Assembly: GCA_030704615.1 (NCBI GenBank)
Contig: CM060732.1
Location: forward strand, 49,786,001 to 49,850,000
Source: Takakia lepidozioides
Lineage: Eukaryota; Plantae; Bryophyta
DNA length: 64,000 bases
Direction of reading: 5' to 3'
Each line of letters begins with the position of its first letter. Position 1 is the stretch's first letter. The position numbers and the translations under genes were made by a program. A model generated the notes under the pieces. That model saw only the letters and a list, made by a program, of their open reading frames with translations, was not told where the DNA came from and ran no database searches. Positions 26,459 to 39,555 of the stretch are shown here, piece by piece.

Positions 26459-26740
26459 ACGTAAAGAATTTTTGGTCCCCCCTCTTTATCTTTATCATCT
26501 TTCCAGCACGGTGTCCAGTCAGAAAAGATGCCAGAAAGAAATCAGAAGGAAGGGGGAAGAAGTCGAAAAGAAGAGGGAAAGAAGGGAGGTAAGAGGAGTG
26601 CATTCCTGGAGCGTAACCCACTCTGCCAGCCTGGCGAGTGCGTTCCACTCGTGAACGTCCCTGCACGTAACCCTAGAGTGGTGTTCACAAGTATAAGGCC
26701 CCGCAAAATACAAAGGAATTTTTCCCAAAATTCTTTACGT
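26459..26740. mobile_element. MITE-like element with 14-bp terminal inverted repeats
   Basis: ACGTAAAGAATTTT ... AAAATTCTTTACGT. Its right end coincides with the end of homology to the kinase pseudocopy. Confidence 0.6.
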
Positions 26741-26848
26741 CTGTCTGTGCATGTGCATGTATGTGTATGACATCGATAGCGCTGTAATTTTCACTATGTT
26801 TGTTCTGAGTGGTACTCAAACTGCCTCCCCATAATCAGTGTCTCTCCC

Positions 26849-28264
26849 CTACCCACAATAGACATGAATTGAATCCCTTTCTTGTAGATGCCTGGCAGCA
26901 CTAGAGAAAACACTTGAAGGCTTGCTGTGTGGGATAATCTTCCCACTGTAGCTTGCAGTATGAGCTTCACAGACAGAATCTACCAACCCATTCTCTTGTG
27001 GCCTCTCATCAGAAACCTTTGCACTCTTGGGAACCCCAATTGGAGATGTTGGCAAGCTTGTGGTCCCCGGCTGGAAGGCCCTAGAAAAGTACCCTGCCAA
27101 GCCTGTTGTATGCAGGCCCATTGCCACCTTCCTTCCTTTCAAGAAATCAGTCAACACAGGCAACACAATGAGTCTTCTCAACTGTGTGAGAGTCTGACCC
27201 TTGAAATCCATGACAAGCTCCTTCTTTCTTCTGACTCCTGTAAGACCATTCCACATAGGCAATGGGATCATTTTGCTGACATTTGCGATAGCTCCAACTA
27301 CGTCATCCATGGATGGGCGCCGTGAGCTTGAGACCCGAACACAGCGAGCAGCAATAGTAGCCAACTGCTTTAAAGCCTGGGTACAGTCAGGGCGTGGAAC
27401 TCTAGGATCACAGATGGCCAGAGCATCTCCATGCTTGATGAGAGGCAAGGCCCAGTCACATAGGCCACATGGGTTGAAGTCCGCATCCAATGAGATTGCA
27501 CTTCTGCCAGTCATGACCTCTAAAAGTAGCATTCCGAAGCTGAAGACATCGGTCTTGGTACTAATGCGCGAGGAAGTTTCGGAGTCCATGTGATCCAGAC
27601 CATAAACTCCCACAGAATTTGCTGGCCCAGGTTCTGATTCAGGTATAGAGAATAGGCGCATCTGGCTTGGTTGATCTTCTAGTCGAACACACAGTGCAAG
27701 CCCAAAATCCCCGAGCCTTGCATTCCAGTTTCGGTCAATGAACACGTTGGAAGGTTTGATGTTTCGGTGAACAATTGGTGGTGATGCTGCGTGAAGGGCT
27801 CGGATTGCTTTGGCAGTCTGTAGCACAAGATGTACCCGCACTGGCCAGCTAAGGTTGGAGGCATGAGATTCTTGGGAATGAAGATAACTATGGAGGGTAC
27901 CATTTACCATGGATTCAACCACCAAGAGCTTCTCCCTCCCATCCTGACTAAAACCAAGCAAGTTCACCAGGCGGCGGCTGAAAAGTTTTGAAAGTATCTC
28001 AATCTCATTCTCGAATGCATTCTCATCCTGCCAAAGCTGGCGTCCAAGGGTTGGCCTCTTCACTGCCACGACCCTCCCATCCTTGAGAGTTCCCTTGTAC
28101 ACATAACCATGGCTGGCCTTTCCTATTAGATTATCTTTCGAAAAGCCCCTAGTGGCAACCTCAAGATCCCTGAATTTGAATACCTGTAGCTTTGTGGTCT
28201 TGTTTGTGGGGGACGATGACTGGCAGAGAATTATGGATGTGTTCGACTTGCATGATAGACCCAT
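26849..28264 (-). CDS. Receptor-like cytoplasmic kinase (At3g51990/At1g28390-like), intronless, probable pseudokinase
   Basis: First ATG at 28264 gives MGLSCKS (myristoylation/palmitoylation-like N-terminus). GKASHG, VAVKRP, HRNIKPSN, DFGLA and KTDVFSFG motifs. Confidence 0.9.
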   Translation of the reverse strand: MGLSCKSNTSIILCQSSSPTNKTTKLQVFKFRDLEVATRGFSKDNLIGKASHGYVYKGTLKDGRVVAVKRPTLGRQLWQDENAFENEIEILSKLFSRRLVNLLGFSQDGREKLLVVESMVNGTLHSYLHSQESHASNLSWPVRVHLVLQTAKAIRALHAASPPIVHRNIKPSNVFIDRNWNARLGDFGLALCVRLEDQPSQMRLFSIPESEPGPANSVGVYGLDHMDSETSSRISTKTDVFSFGMLLLEVMTGRSAISLDADFNPCGLCDWALPLIKHGDALAICDPRVPRPDCTQALKQLATIAARCVRVSSSRRPSMDDVVGAIANVSKMIPLPMWNGLTGVRRKKELVMDFKGQTLTQLRRLIVLPVLTDFLKGRKVAMGLHTTGLAGYFSRAFQPGTTSLPTSPIGVPKSAKVSDERPQENGLVDSVCEAHTASYSGKIIPHSKPSSVFSSAARHLQERDSIHVYCG

Positions 28265-31200
28265 GTATTTGATCGCCCGATCAACTACCACAAGTGGAGA
28301 AGATTGCAACACCTTGCTCCCACTTCTGCCTTGATATTCCTGACTATTGAGCAGACTTAAACTGCTGCTGGCCTTTTCTGTGGGATAGCACTTTGCGCAA
28401 AGCCATCCTCAGCACCTGGGAATGGATAGACTGTCAAGTCCAGAAAGGGCAGAATGAAATTCAAATCCTTGTCAATCAAATCGGATCTTTAAATCTCCAT
28501 GGGTGCGTCTCTGGTGCTCCAGAATGCTCTCCGGGGCCCTCCTCAGACAGGCCTCAAAGCCCCTTGCTGGTCTGTGCACCTATCACAAGCGAGACATGAA
28601 ACACCTCACATTCTTAGAATATTAAGCAAATCAGAGCCCACTTCATAGACATTAGAGATCACCGGGTTGCCTTTAGGCGTATGAAGAATCTTTTGGCAGG
28701 TTCCAGGCATCGATGTCGGCAGTATTCTGGCCGGCGATAGCATCAAGTGGTATTATAGATCGTTTGTGAAGCTACCAAAAAGACAATTGCGTGACCATCT
28801 CAAACTACTACGAGCGGATTTGTCCCTCCCTCTCGTTTCTGCTGAAGAGAAAAATGAGCTGCACTTCCCAATGCTAGACGTCGAAGCAATCTACAGACCA
28901 TATAAAAAGCATAGTCGGCCTGACATTACTGACAAGGGAACCTACACCCAAAAACAGCCATTTAACACATTCCAGCTCCTTGTACTGAGGGGATTTAGGT
29001 GGGTCATGTGAAAAGAAACAAAGAAGGAAGGTATTAAGTCGGGGATGCCCAGAGGCGGCATGGGACATTGCAGAGAGAAAGAACTCTCCAATACGAGAGA
29101 GAGAGACCACGGTCGAACTTACAATGTTAACAGGAAAGAGTTATGACATCAGTTATCTCTGTCCTTCGAAGGGTCGAAGGATGTCCTGCAAAGGGTCGAG
29201 CAGAGACAAATGGCCCTGAGAGATCGCTTTTGCAGGTTGACTTAGACTTAGACTAACTCAAAACTTAGACTTAGCCCAAAACACACTCGGGCCGAACTTG
29301 GAAAGAGGAAGAGAGATTGGACTACCAGGTGTGTGTGCGCGTGTGTGAGAGAGAAAGAGAAATCCATAGAGATAGTATACAAGCTGAAACTGGAAATGAA
29401 CCTCACAAGATCTCCTCAAGGCAGACCAATGCAGCTACTAGAAAAAGAATCCCACTGAAGTCAGCGACCCAATCCCTGCACACCATAGACAGACTGCCCG
29501 GGTGTGCGGGTGTCTGTTCAAGAGAGCTCTAGGAGAAGAAGAGACTTCCTTACTACAAGAGAGAAAAGACAGAGAGAGAGAGAACTACAGAGTGAAAATG
29601 ATGAGGGAGAAAGACCCAGAGAGTACTCTAGCTCCAACTAAAATTACAAGCAACTGAAAGAATATCTCCAGCACCTACCAACCCCACAAGGACGAAGCCA
29701 CACAAGGAAACACCAAAGTGTCGGAAACAACCTGCAGAGACTCGAGTAGGTGGGTAGTTGGAGACTTACTGAGGGCCCCAGGCACTCGATGCCTCCCCTT
29801 CTGCACTAAGTGATGGCCATAGGCCCTTGTCTCCCTCACCTGGGCCCAGTGTGTGGCAGTGTTCCGTGCTCAAAAGGCTGGTTGGTGTGGTTTTCCAGTC
29901 CAGGTACCACACCATTTCTTCCATTTTTCCTCACTGCAGACACCGACGACCTCCTTGGTGTTGGTGTTTCATATTCATATTTGCATGTGGTTTCTGGCAG
30001 CATGGAATCTAGTGTACAAGTGCCACACGCAGGAAGCATCTCTCTATTGTACAGTCAGAGATCTAAGTATGGGTATGTCATAAATTAGTAAAGCCCATCC
30101 TTCAGGTTGACTGGGTCCATGTTACTAAGTTATTTATTTCAAATCCCAGCCTATCATTGCCTTTGTTGTGGGTGTTTTTGTACTTGTTTACACAGGTTGG
30201 GTGTAGGTTCTGAGATGAGAGTGGGTAGGTAGAAGGAGGGTGGCATGAAGAACATGGAGAGGTGGGTAGTCACTAATAACTATAACAAACTCTTGGGCTA
30301 CATTTGGTGAAGGTAGACAGAATGTCCAAGGAATTATTTGGTGGGTCATAATTCATCATTCTTAACCGTGATTCTGTGCGAGATGTCCTGCAAAGTCATT
30401 TGGGTGGGTGCTGTGGCAAAGGAAAGATCAGTTCAAACCCACATTGGAGCCTGAAATGTGTGAATAAAGTTTATGCTGTCAACATTGTTGTATTGCAAAT
30501 TTGGTAGCCCACTGGAAGAGTACGCTGAACGTCGCCTGGGCGGTTCTGGGTTCTAATTCTGGCCAAGCCCTTTCCCTTGAGTCTTGTAAGTGTGCCCCCT
30601 AACTAATACATTCTGTGGTTGAATTGGATTCTGTGGTAGCTTGGTTTGTACGACAGGGTTACTTTTCCACTCACTTCAAGGCCTCTGAATTGTGAGTTGT
30701 CATTCCCTTTAACATGCTTGCGCTTGAGTTTCACTCCTGATAAGATCTAGAGCTTAGCCAATGGAGTTATAGAGAAATTGTGAATTAATAGTTCCGGCGA
30801 TGAAAACATTAGGCACACATAAATATCTCAATTCCATCTAATTCCTGGTGCAAAATGAGTCTTACTTCAACAGGACCTGTGGTCATCTGTACGTGTATTA
30901 TTCACCATGCTTCAACCCCTAATCTGAGCATCTGATTGAAATGTTGTGTCCAGTCCGCCCCACCACCACACCATGCTTGTGTCTTTCTTTTCCAGTCACA
31001 ACCAGATCTCCATTCAGACCTCTTTCAGAAATTAAGATAGAACGACTCTCTCATTTTCCATAATGCAGAACCATTCTTTTCTCCATTCACCTTCAACTTG
31101 TTATCCACCACCACCACCTCAAACTTACAGCAGGTGTCTAAGCCAAGGTCCAGCTACAAAAGGGATGTACCCAAGTCAACCCGTTTACTAAATGTGTGGT

Positions 31201-32490
31201 GTGGGCCCAACCCCACAAATGGGGCACCACCCACAAGGGGAAGAGGCTCTTATTCACGCTAACTGAGCTTGTGGGTACTTTACGTTACCGCCGCAAGTCA
31301 CCAGAAGAACTTCCCTGCATATCCAATCTGCACACTCAATAAGATCACAAGCTAAAGCCCTGTTGAAGGAGAAACTGTAGTATTAACATCAACTGGGATT
31401 GCTTGTCCTTTGGAGTCTGGAGGAATCAGTACACAAGGCTTACATCATGGCTAGGAATCTAAGCTTCACATGAAGACAGAGATGTTCTTAAATCACTTTA
31501 ATAGTCATGACTCTGGCATCAATGATGCGCACGCAACATTGAAGCACAGTCCCAGGGAAAAAATAGGAAACAAGAGAACTCACAACTTCCTACTGTGTGT
31601 GAGAGAGAGAGAGTGAGAGAGTGAGAGAGAGAGAGAAGCGCACGTTGATGAACAAACCGTAGGTTCAAGGTGTTATGTTCCCATGGTTTCCACTTACCTA
31701 CACATTGATTGCCTGCTTTTATAATGTTTTACAGATCCCAAGGTGTCATATGATAGAATATGATTGTAGTCCTGAAGCTAGGTAGTGGACCACCTATTTG
31801 CTATATGGGTTCAACATTCTGAGGCAATCCCAAGGGCTAATGTATCATATGATTGTACCTAGTTCCGTGTTGAAATCCAACTCCAATAGGCGTTTTTTCT
31901 TTCCCACATTGTTCACAGGTCCTATTATTGCATTGGGTGATCGGCTATCTTGAAGAAGTAGTCTCTGATTCGTGACAAGAAGGCCCTACTTTACTTGTTT
32001 ACTCTCTCTTCAAACACGAGTTTCTGTCTATCATGGGAACTATGTACTAGTAGTGGCAGTGTTTGAGCTGTCTTCCAGCTCAAACAAAGCAGTGAATATG
32101 CCCTCTCATGTACTTGTTAAGGCCTCTTGCTTCAGAACCAGGCATTTGCATTAATGGGTCCCAGCTCCCCTCCTTCATTACTTACGTACCAGACCCATGA
32201 TCCCATGACCTCATGTCATCACCTCAGGATGCTTTTACATGCCCTTATCAAGCTCATTTTTAGAGAGAAACACTAAAATAGTTCTGACCATCCTGACCAT
32301 AAAACTATAAACTCGGCGGATGCCATGTAAATCTATGCTTTATGGTCTTCGGGCTCCCGAGAGAGAGGGGCCAAAAAGCCACAACCTAAACAAGTCACGA
32401 GTCTAACCACCTTCTTTTCTGTTGAGTCTGATCACCTTGAGGCGATGCTAGATGGGCTTGATTTGCTTTGTAAGCCACGGACTCTTCTCA

Positions 32491-32879
32491 AGGCAGGTTC
32501 ACACGGCAAAAATCCGTCCGTCCCATCCGGACGTGGCGGCTGCAGCGGGTGTGGCGGGCCGGGGTCCACCCTTGAGGAACGCGACGGCGAGGAAGGGACG
32601 GACGGCCTGGCCACTGTAGGTACTTCCCCCTGTCCGTCGCTGTCCGTCCCATCGCTCATTCCTTCTCCCTGGCTATCATGGCTAAAACATGTGTGTAGGG
32701 TTTAGCCCGAGGGCTCCTTATGAGAGCTTCTCTTGCTAAACTTATATGTTGCGTCACGTGTGTACTATCACGTGTGAACATGTTGCACCGTCGGTCCCGT
32801 CCGTCCCCCTCCACACGTGCGGAGGGCCCAGCACTATGGCTAGATGGGACGGACGGATTTTTGCCGTGTGAAACTGCCT
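32491..32879. mobile_element. MITE, PIF/Harbinger-like
   Basis: ~36-bp TIR AGGCAG(G/T)TTCACACGGCAAAAATCCGTCCGTCCCATC with one mismatch, plus internal CCGTCC repeats. No clear TSD. Confidence 0.8.
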
Positions 32880-33829
32880 GTCTGTGGGGCGGGTGGTTAT
32901 GGGAGACAAGGTCTGACACCAGAGCCAACACTCGCATAATTCTCATGAGTAGAAATGAGAGAAAACGAGAGGCGAGTGGTGAAGGTCTTTCTTGGACAAA
33001 GCTTTGGACCCCACTCGCATGCGGCCACGCTCTCTCTTCTTCCTCGGCCAAGTTGGCATTTGTTGAGGCACAGGCTTGGTTTGACAAAGCCTTGGACCCC
33101 ACTCTTGTTCATATGCTCGCATGCGGGCATCATTGCTCCGGAGCTTTCTTTTGGCTTTTTGTTGCCCTTTTTGTGGAGGCATAAGCACAGGCCATGGGCC
33201 CTGGGGTACTCAAGTTGTCTCTATGGACCAGGGACAGTATGGGCCGAGCACCAAAAAGTTAGCATGAGCCAATTTGAGTGGAGCATCAGCCGTCGAGGGC
33301 CCCAGCCCGGATGCGCATATCAAGCAAGATCTCTGAACCTGGCCGAAGGTCAAAGTTCAAATTTGTTTCTAATGAACTCAACATTGATTATCAGAGACAA
33401 GATGTTTGCTGCCGTGAGCTAAAGCGAAAGGTTGATGTGTGCTAAGATTTGAAGCATTGATGTGTGGTTGTCAACACACTCGTGCATGACAAGGTCAGAG
33501 CCGTCGAAAGCACTGAGCCTCAAAATTCATCTCGAACACTGTAGTGTAAAGCACTTGTTGATAGTATAGCAAATCTTCACACTGACATGGATTGACCTCA
33601 CCAACTCATTAGATTGTGTGTTCGGACACGTGGGAATTGGTGCTTAGTACTGAAGCAGTGAAGCTCATCAACATACTCGGACATCCATAGTGCAAGCAGT
33701 CAAGGTGTTGATTTGGGGTTGAGAAATGGCCAGGAAAGAGTGGGAATCGAGACAACAGACACAAGATTTTCTATCTTCACCAATTTTCGAAGAGCAACTG
33801 TGGCCTTAGTACAGCCCCATCTCTCTTGC

Positions 33830-34140
33830 TAGCAACAGCTACCTTCCCTTCAGTGTGCAACCTGGGTACAGGAACAGTTTCAAAGCTGCGCGTCACTCTA
33901 GAAACGGGTCCCCAGATGTCCCTCTCCTTGCTCAAAGTTGTTTTTCTTCTTTCCAAGCACTTCTTTGAGAGGGAAAAGAATGTCAGGATACACAGCCCAT
34001 TTTACTCAGCTGTGAAAGGTCATGACACCATCCAGCAACAGCTATCTTCCCTTCAGTGTGCAACCTGGGTACAGGAACAGTTTCAAAACTGCGAGTCACT
34101 CTAAAAATAGTCCCCCAAGTCCCTCTCCTTGCTTAAAGTT
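33830..34140. repeat. ~110-bp direct duplication
   Basis: AGCAACAGCTA.CTTCCCTTCAGTGTGCAACCTGGGTACAGGAACAGTTTCAAA at ~33831 and ~34034. Confidence 0.8.
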
Positions 34141-34266
34141 TCCCGCTTTCTGATTGGTAGTTCAACACCGTCACTAGATGGCCGTAACTTCTCCAGATTA
34201 AATGAAGAACATCTCCATCTTCAAGCATGTGGTAACACTGAAGCTCACAGAAGGGACTTCCAGAGT

Positions 34267-37200
34267 TCAGACACTTTGTGACTCGGCTTGTTTCCACAGG
34301 CGCTCAATGCCATCCATGTGAGCCATCCCGACTACACCCACCACTTTGCCTTCACAGTTGCGAAGGTGTTTCACCATTAGCTTGTCTCTCTCATGCACCA
34401 TTACCTTGACCTGCAAATTGTAGCATAGCTGTCAAGTCATGCTGTCAAGTATCCATATAACACAGCAAGGAAACATACTGATTCACAGGACTATCTTATA
34501 GCTGCATGGTTGGACAACAAAACTCAGAGTCAGGTGAGCTTTGGATTTCTCCAACAAACCCAGATCCTGATTTGACTGACTTTTTGCACTCGACCCGCAA
34601 GAAATATGGTTTTGCAGATAGTGGATAATCTATACAACTTGAGGGTTGATATCTGCTCGTGGTTGCTTGTCTTTTGGTCATTGAGTCTTTTCACTTATCA
34701 GATTCTCTAGTGATAGTAAGAAGAGCTCCACAACAACCCACTAAATTGTCTCCCGTGGTTGGTCTAAAGTAGAGCTTGCTATGTTCATCAAAATAGAAAT
34801 GAAAGCAAAATGAAAAATTTGAAATGCTGTTAAGACCTGTAAGAACTGTAGGCTGTGAAAGCAATCTACTGTTCCAGAAGAGGCCCTTTGGCTAGCTCTT
34901 GTGCATGCCCCCTTACCAAAAAAAGGCAAAGGATATATTTTGATTCAAGCTCTCTGAGTTGGAGAGAAGCAACTGTGGAAATTGGACAACACGGTAAGGC
35001 CTGCAGAGCATTTATCCAGGGATTGAGCTGTACATGACAGACAGAGTCTGCAGTGGGGAATGTGCAAGGCTTGCTGGACCCCCTCAAGTAAAGCTTCTTG
35101 CCTTCGAGGTTTGGAAAATTACCGAGTTTGCACAAACCCCTCAGCTGCCTGGCTAATCCCTTCCATTATCAGCCAAGGGAAAGAACTCAGATGCATGAGA
35201 TGAGTGATGTGGTTCCATGCTGCAGATAAATACGAGCAGATACAAGCAACAAGCAGCCTTGCACACGTATAGGTTGCCGATCAAAGAAGAGTGGATGCAT
35301 TACCACATCTGGGAAAGCAGATTCCATCCAACTCATCAGTTGTCTGACTTTCTCTCTGCTTTTAAGTCTTTCCACAGCATCCTCGAAATCATTCTTTTCC
35401 ATCCCTTCAAGCCAAGCTGGATTAATATCCAAATGTGGGTTTGGAGTCTTCAGGAATTTCAGCACATCCCACAATGTTATAACGTCACGCAATCTCTTCA
35501 TTGTTACCTGCCACATGAATTGAGCCATGACCACAGCCACATAAAATGTGTTGATGGAAAGCTGGAAGAATGTTGGAAACGAGGACTGCCCCATGAAACA
35601 AAAGGAGCCACCAAACCACAAAATCCTCTTCTCGATCCATCACAATGCAGTTGTAGCATCTGGGGGGGCCTCTGGCTCAGACCTTGACCACAAAGGAGAC
35701 CCCAAACATCCCCAAAAACTTCTTTTGAACAGGAAGACCACCAACAACAGGCAGGTGGAATTGAAGACTAACAGATGTTGAGATGGCAGACAGCATACAA
35801 TCATGCTCATTCAAAATGCTGCAATATGGATAGGCCGGATCCTTCTGTCTAGCAGCATTGTCAGGCATTGCAAGCGACAGCAGGGATGCAAACAGAGGTG
35901 TACGTTGACGTCCTGGTCAATGTAGAAAAGTTTAGCCCCAATGCGCTGTGCCTCCTCCATTGCTACCTGCACAGCATTCAGCAAGTGACTGTCAAAACAG
36001 GACTCAATCAAGAAACAAAGACAACAGACCATCAGAAAGGTGCTTAGCCAGAGTATTATCTGTAAATGCCCTTAACCTTTGAATCAACACCTTACCTTCC
36101 CCAGAGTCTTAGAATTGGTAGCTTAGCACGGTTCATTAGCATGAGTGATGTCCTTCGGGTCTAGAAAGTGTTTCCAATGTCCACAAGATATGACTGAGGA
36201 AACCCAAAACCCAGCACACTTTTACAGGACCAGAAGTGACGAAGCTCCTGACCCTAAACTCTTTCCCAGGCTCCACGCCGGTGTTGCGAATTAGCTCATA
36301 CATGGACTTCAGCCAAAAGGCAATCAGCTTCTGACCCAAGCCACCTGGCAGGTTTAGCATCTCCTTCACATGCTGGAAAAAGGTTGTTGCACGCCCTTCG
36401 TCCCCTTGCATCATCTTCTTTGCCCTCGCCGCACACAACTCCACCTAAAATTCACAGCAATCAAGCAATGCTCTAGTATGAACTTCAATCTACAGCCACT
36501 TTTTTCTCCATATGTGACAAGTTTGTAGGAACTGCATGAACTCTCAAGAGGCCCCCTATAACCATGAGAGTAGGTCACAACACAATAGGTGATGAAGAGA
36601 TGGCCAAAAGGCAGCCAAGTCTGCAGTAACCCGTTGATTTGAAGTTGCCTGTCATTTCTTGCATTTTGAATCCCAAGGTCGATTCTGAGTCCGCAAGAGA
36701 TGACCCAGAGAAAGTTGGTTTCAGTAATGGTGCCTTACAGTCGCAGTAAGACCACAGTAATATGAAGGAAGGGGAAATCAAGATAAACTAGCATTCAACC
36801 TCCGGGCAGTGTTAAACCTGTATCAAAGAAGGGCAAATCTTTTCTGCAAAGTGAAGTCAGGGGATGACAGATAGAAATGTCTATGTTACCAGAGTTATCC
36901 GTAAAGTGAGCCTGAGTTTGGTACCCTGTTTGGACCCGAGTTACGGGTTTCATCCTGAGTTTGAGTTAATCCGTAAAGTGCAGAAAACTGAGCACGAAGT
37001 CAGAAAAGAGGGCACCAAATCATAAACTGGGGATGAGGGCAACCGCTGCTATGGCGCGAGCTCGTGAGCTCTGACCGCCTCCGCCTGGACGACTAACAAA
37101 ACTCGGCACCAAACTCCTGCCACCCCCATTTTCCTAGTCCTGGCAGTTTGGTCCCATGTTTTTTTCTAGTCGTACCGCTTGATCCTGAGTTTGGAGTTTC

Positions 37201-37875
37201 ATACCGAGTTATGCCGAGTTTGGGACCCTTTACGGATAACTCTACCATGATCAAGAAACTGCCAGCGATAGAAGGAAATTAAAGTAGCGATACCCACCGC
37301 AACCGTGTCGGGCTTCACTTTTTCGATCACCTGCAGAACATCACTCCTCCAGCTGAGTCGCTCTCACATCATGGAATGTTCAGCCCCCAAGATTCTTTGT
37401 AGAGCAGGCAAGAAATGAAATGAAATGAAATGGTATTTCATAACGTCCGCGGAAAGCTCAAAACAGCTTATGGGACAAAATGGAAAAAACAAGAGGAAGA
37501 AAGAGAAATAGAAAGAAAGACGGAAACTGAACAAAGGGAAGAGAACCTCTGCTGTCTACTTGAAAAAAATTGGCCAACATTTCCACGTTTGACAGAATAA
37601 TTCTTCTGAACCATAGCAAGGAAAATATAGGCAAAGACAGTCCTGACCTCTTTCACTTCATCCGCGCTCTTGGCAGACACATGTGCAGTGCCAACCAGAT
37701 AAATCTCTGCGCCGTTCTCCCCATTCCTCAGATACGAGACGCTCCCTCCATTTACAGGCACCGAATACAGCCGCCCATTGCCCTGTATAGGAATTCTTAC
37801 CACAGCCAGCACATGCCGCCATAGCTGACGCTGGAGGACTGGTTGATGAGCTCCATAATTCAGCGCATGAAGCAT
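34267..37875 (-). CDS. TraB-family protein, 6 exons (37648-37875, 37298-37330, 36253-36444, 35904-35966, 35304-35507, 34267-34410)
   Basis: YLVGTAHVS..SA.EV, VKPDTVAVELC..R, PGKEFRVAMEEA, ERD..MV and VVGVVGMAHMDGI. GT-AG splicing keeps the frame. Confidence 0.9.
36890..37244. mobile_element. hAT-like MITE in a TraB intron
   Basis: TIR CAGAGTTATCCGTAAAG / CTTTACGGATAACTCTA with (C/T)GAGTT subterminal repeats. Confidence 0.7.
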
Positions 37876-38108
37876 GATTGGTAAACAAACCAAACAAATG
37901 CAGATCCCCGCACTCTTCTTAATCCATCGCAACTTGTACACGAGGGCCCTCGCAATCTCTCTCTCTCTCTCTTGGCGCTCACAAACTACAGCAGATCTGT
38001 TGATGAATGGGTGACGTGGATGGATGTCTTTCAACTGTAGAAATCTTGTCTTCTTCTCTCTCGCGGCTTCGGAGAGAGAAATTGAGAGAGAGTGCCTGGT
38101 TGCTGATC
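37876..38108. promoter_or_regulatory. Short bidirectional promoter / 5' UTR region
   Basis: Only 233 bp separate divergent ATGs. Contains CT/GA tracts and TGACGTGG (~38012). Confidence 0.55.
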
Positions 38109-38823
38109 ATGGCCGACCCTGCCCAGCAACAAGTGGATAACAATCTGGATGACTGTTCTCTCTATGGGTACTCGTCTTCCCCGTTCTTTCCTTTCCTGAA
38201 ATGCAGTCTGCAAGTTTTTTGGGGTTCGAAATGCCTGTTCTTGCGAGGGTTGTGTGTTTTGTAATGTGAGTGGGAGGTTGAGGTCCTGGTTCTGATGGAG
38301 AATATCATCACAGCAAAGGCACTGATGGGAGTTTCAAAAGCAGTATGAATACCTTTTATCTTTCGGTTCTCCAGAGAATGTACTCAGTTTGCCGTGGCCT
38401 TGTGGCCGTAGACCCCGCGCCCAGTTTGGGTGGAACAAAAGGGAACATACACTACCTTTTTGGGGTTCACTTCATGGGACTTACCATGACATAAGCAATT
38501 TGTTCGAGCTTTCCAGATTTCCTCCATAAAGCCTTCTCACAAGCATCAATCTGCTGTGTCTGACCTGCCCAAGAGTTGGACCCCAACAGGCCATGGTTTA
38601 GGCTGAGCCTGGAGATTTTGAAAGTTGGCGAATATAGGTTCAGAGACTATGTTCTTGATGTACTTTAAGAGCGTCGGTCTCTGATGAGAGTATCCCGGAC
38701 GTTGTATCAGAGAATGGGTATAATCTGTAGGCTGCCCGCACATCGGGCATTGACAACTTCCCTTTCCTCTCTGCATCTGTTTACTGTTCAAAGGTAGACT
38801 CCCCGTCCTGAATTTAAATTATC

Positions 38824-38874
<51 letters not shown>

Positions 38875-39555
38875 CACTATTGCCCACGAAGTGTGGCTAT
38901 GATGTACCCTCTCGGATTTGATTGAAGGGTTTGTATTCCCACCAGGGCGAATGCTCATTTGGGTGTGGTTTTTCAGCCTTATGGCCATTGCCCAAAAGTC
39001 CATAGGCAGTGTTGTTTCAGAGTCGAAAAGGGCTGGAGGGAGGACTGAGAAGGAGGGGAAACCTACACATGCAAGAATTATTCAGGCAGTCAGGGTGTTC
39101 TTTGCAAACTGGAGAGCATGAACACTGCCACTGTGCCCTCGTTGATGCTGAAATAAATAGTTCCTTAGGCCACCCAAATATGGGACCAAGGTTTGAACAG
39201 AGATGCACACAGGCAATATGTGAGATCTGGAATTGAGACTGAGCCAAATTGTTAAATGGAATGAATGGGATGCCTGGGATTTGATTCAAGCAGATCATGG
39301 ATATTTTCGGTGATGGGCGCGCTGCTCGCAATTCCAGTGGGGATCAGACGCAAGTCTTTTGCACCGCTCGTGTTTTTTGGGTCCACAGGAGCCATGCTGG
39401 ACATTGTGCAAAGCATCACTGATTGTGAGAGAGAGAGACATGAGCGGGAACAAGCAGCTATGGTTGCCGAAGAGGACAGAAAGAGCTCAGAGGATTGGGG
39501 CCCAGGTCTTGCCCCTGATCAATCGTGGGGAGAGGATGAGCAACAGGCCAAATAA
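38109..39555 (+). CDS. Small conserved plant membrane protein (At1g79390-like), 2 exons (38109-38167, 39294-39555)
   Basis: MADPAQQ..DCSLYG|SWIFSVMGALLAIPVGIRRKSFAPLVFFGSTGAMLDI..CERE with a phase-compatible GT-AG intron. Confidence 0.8.
38375..38820 (-). mobile_element. Non-LTR element 3' fragment, copy C (intronic), next to a (GA)n microsatellite at ~38827-38870
   Basis: CQCPMCGQP..THSLIQRPGY and the same TGAGTACATTCT terminus as copy A. Confidence 0.8.
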
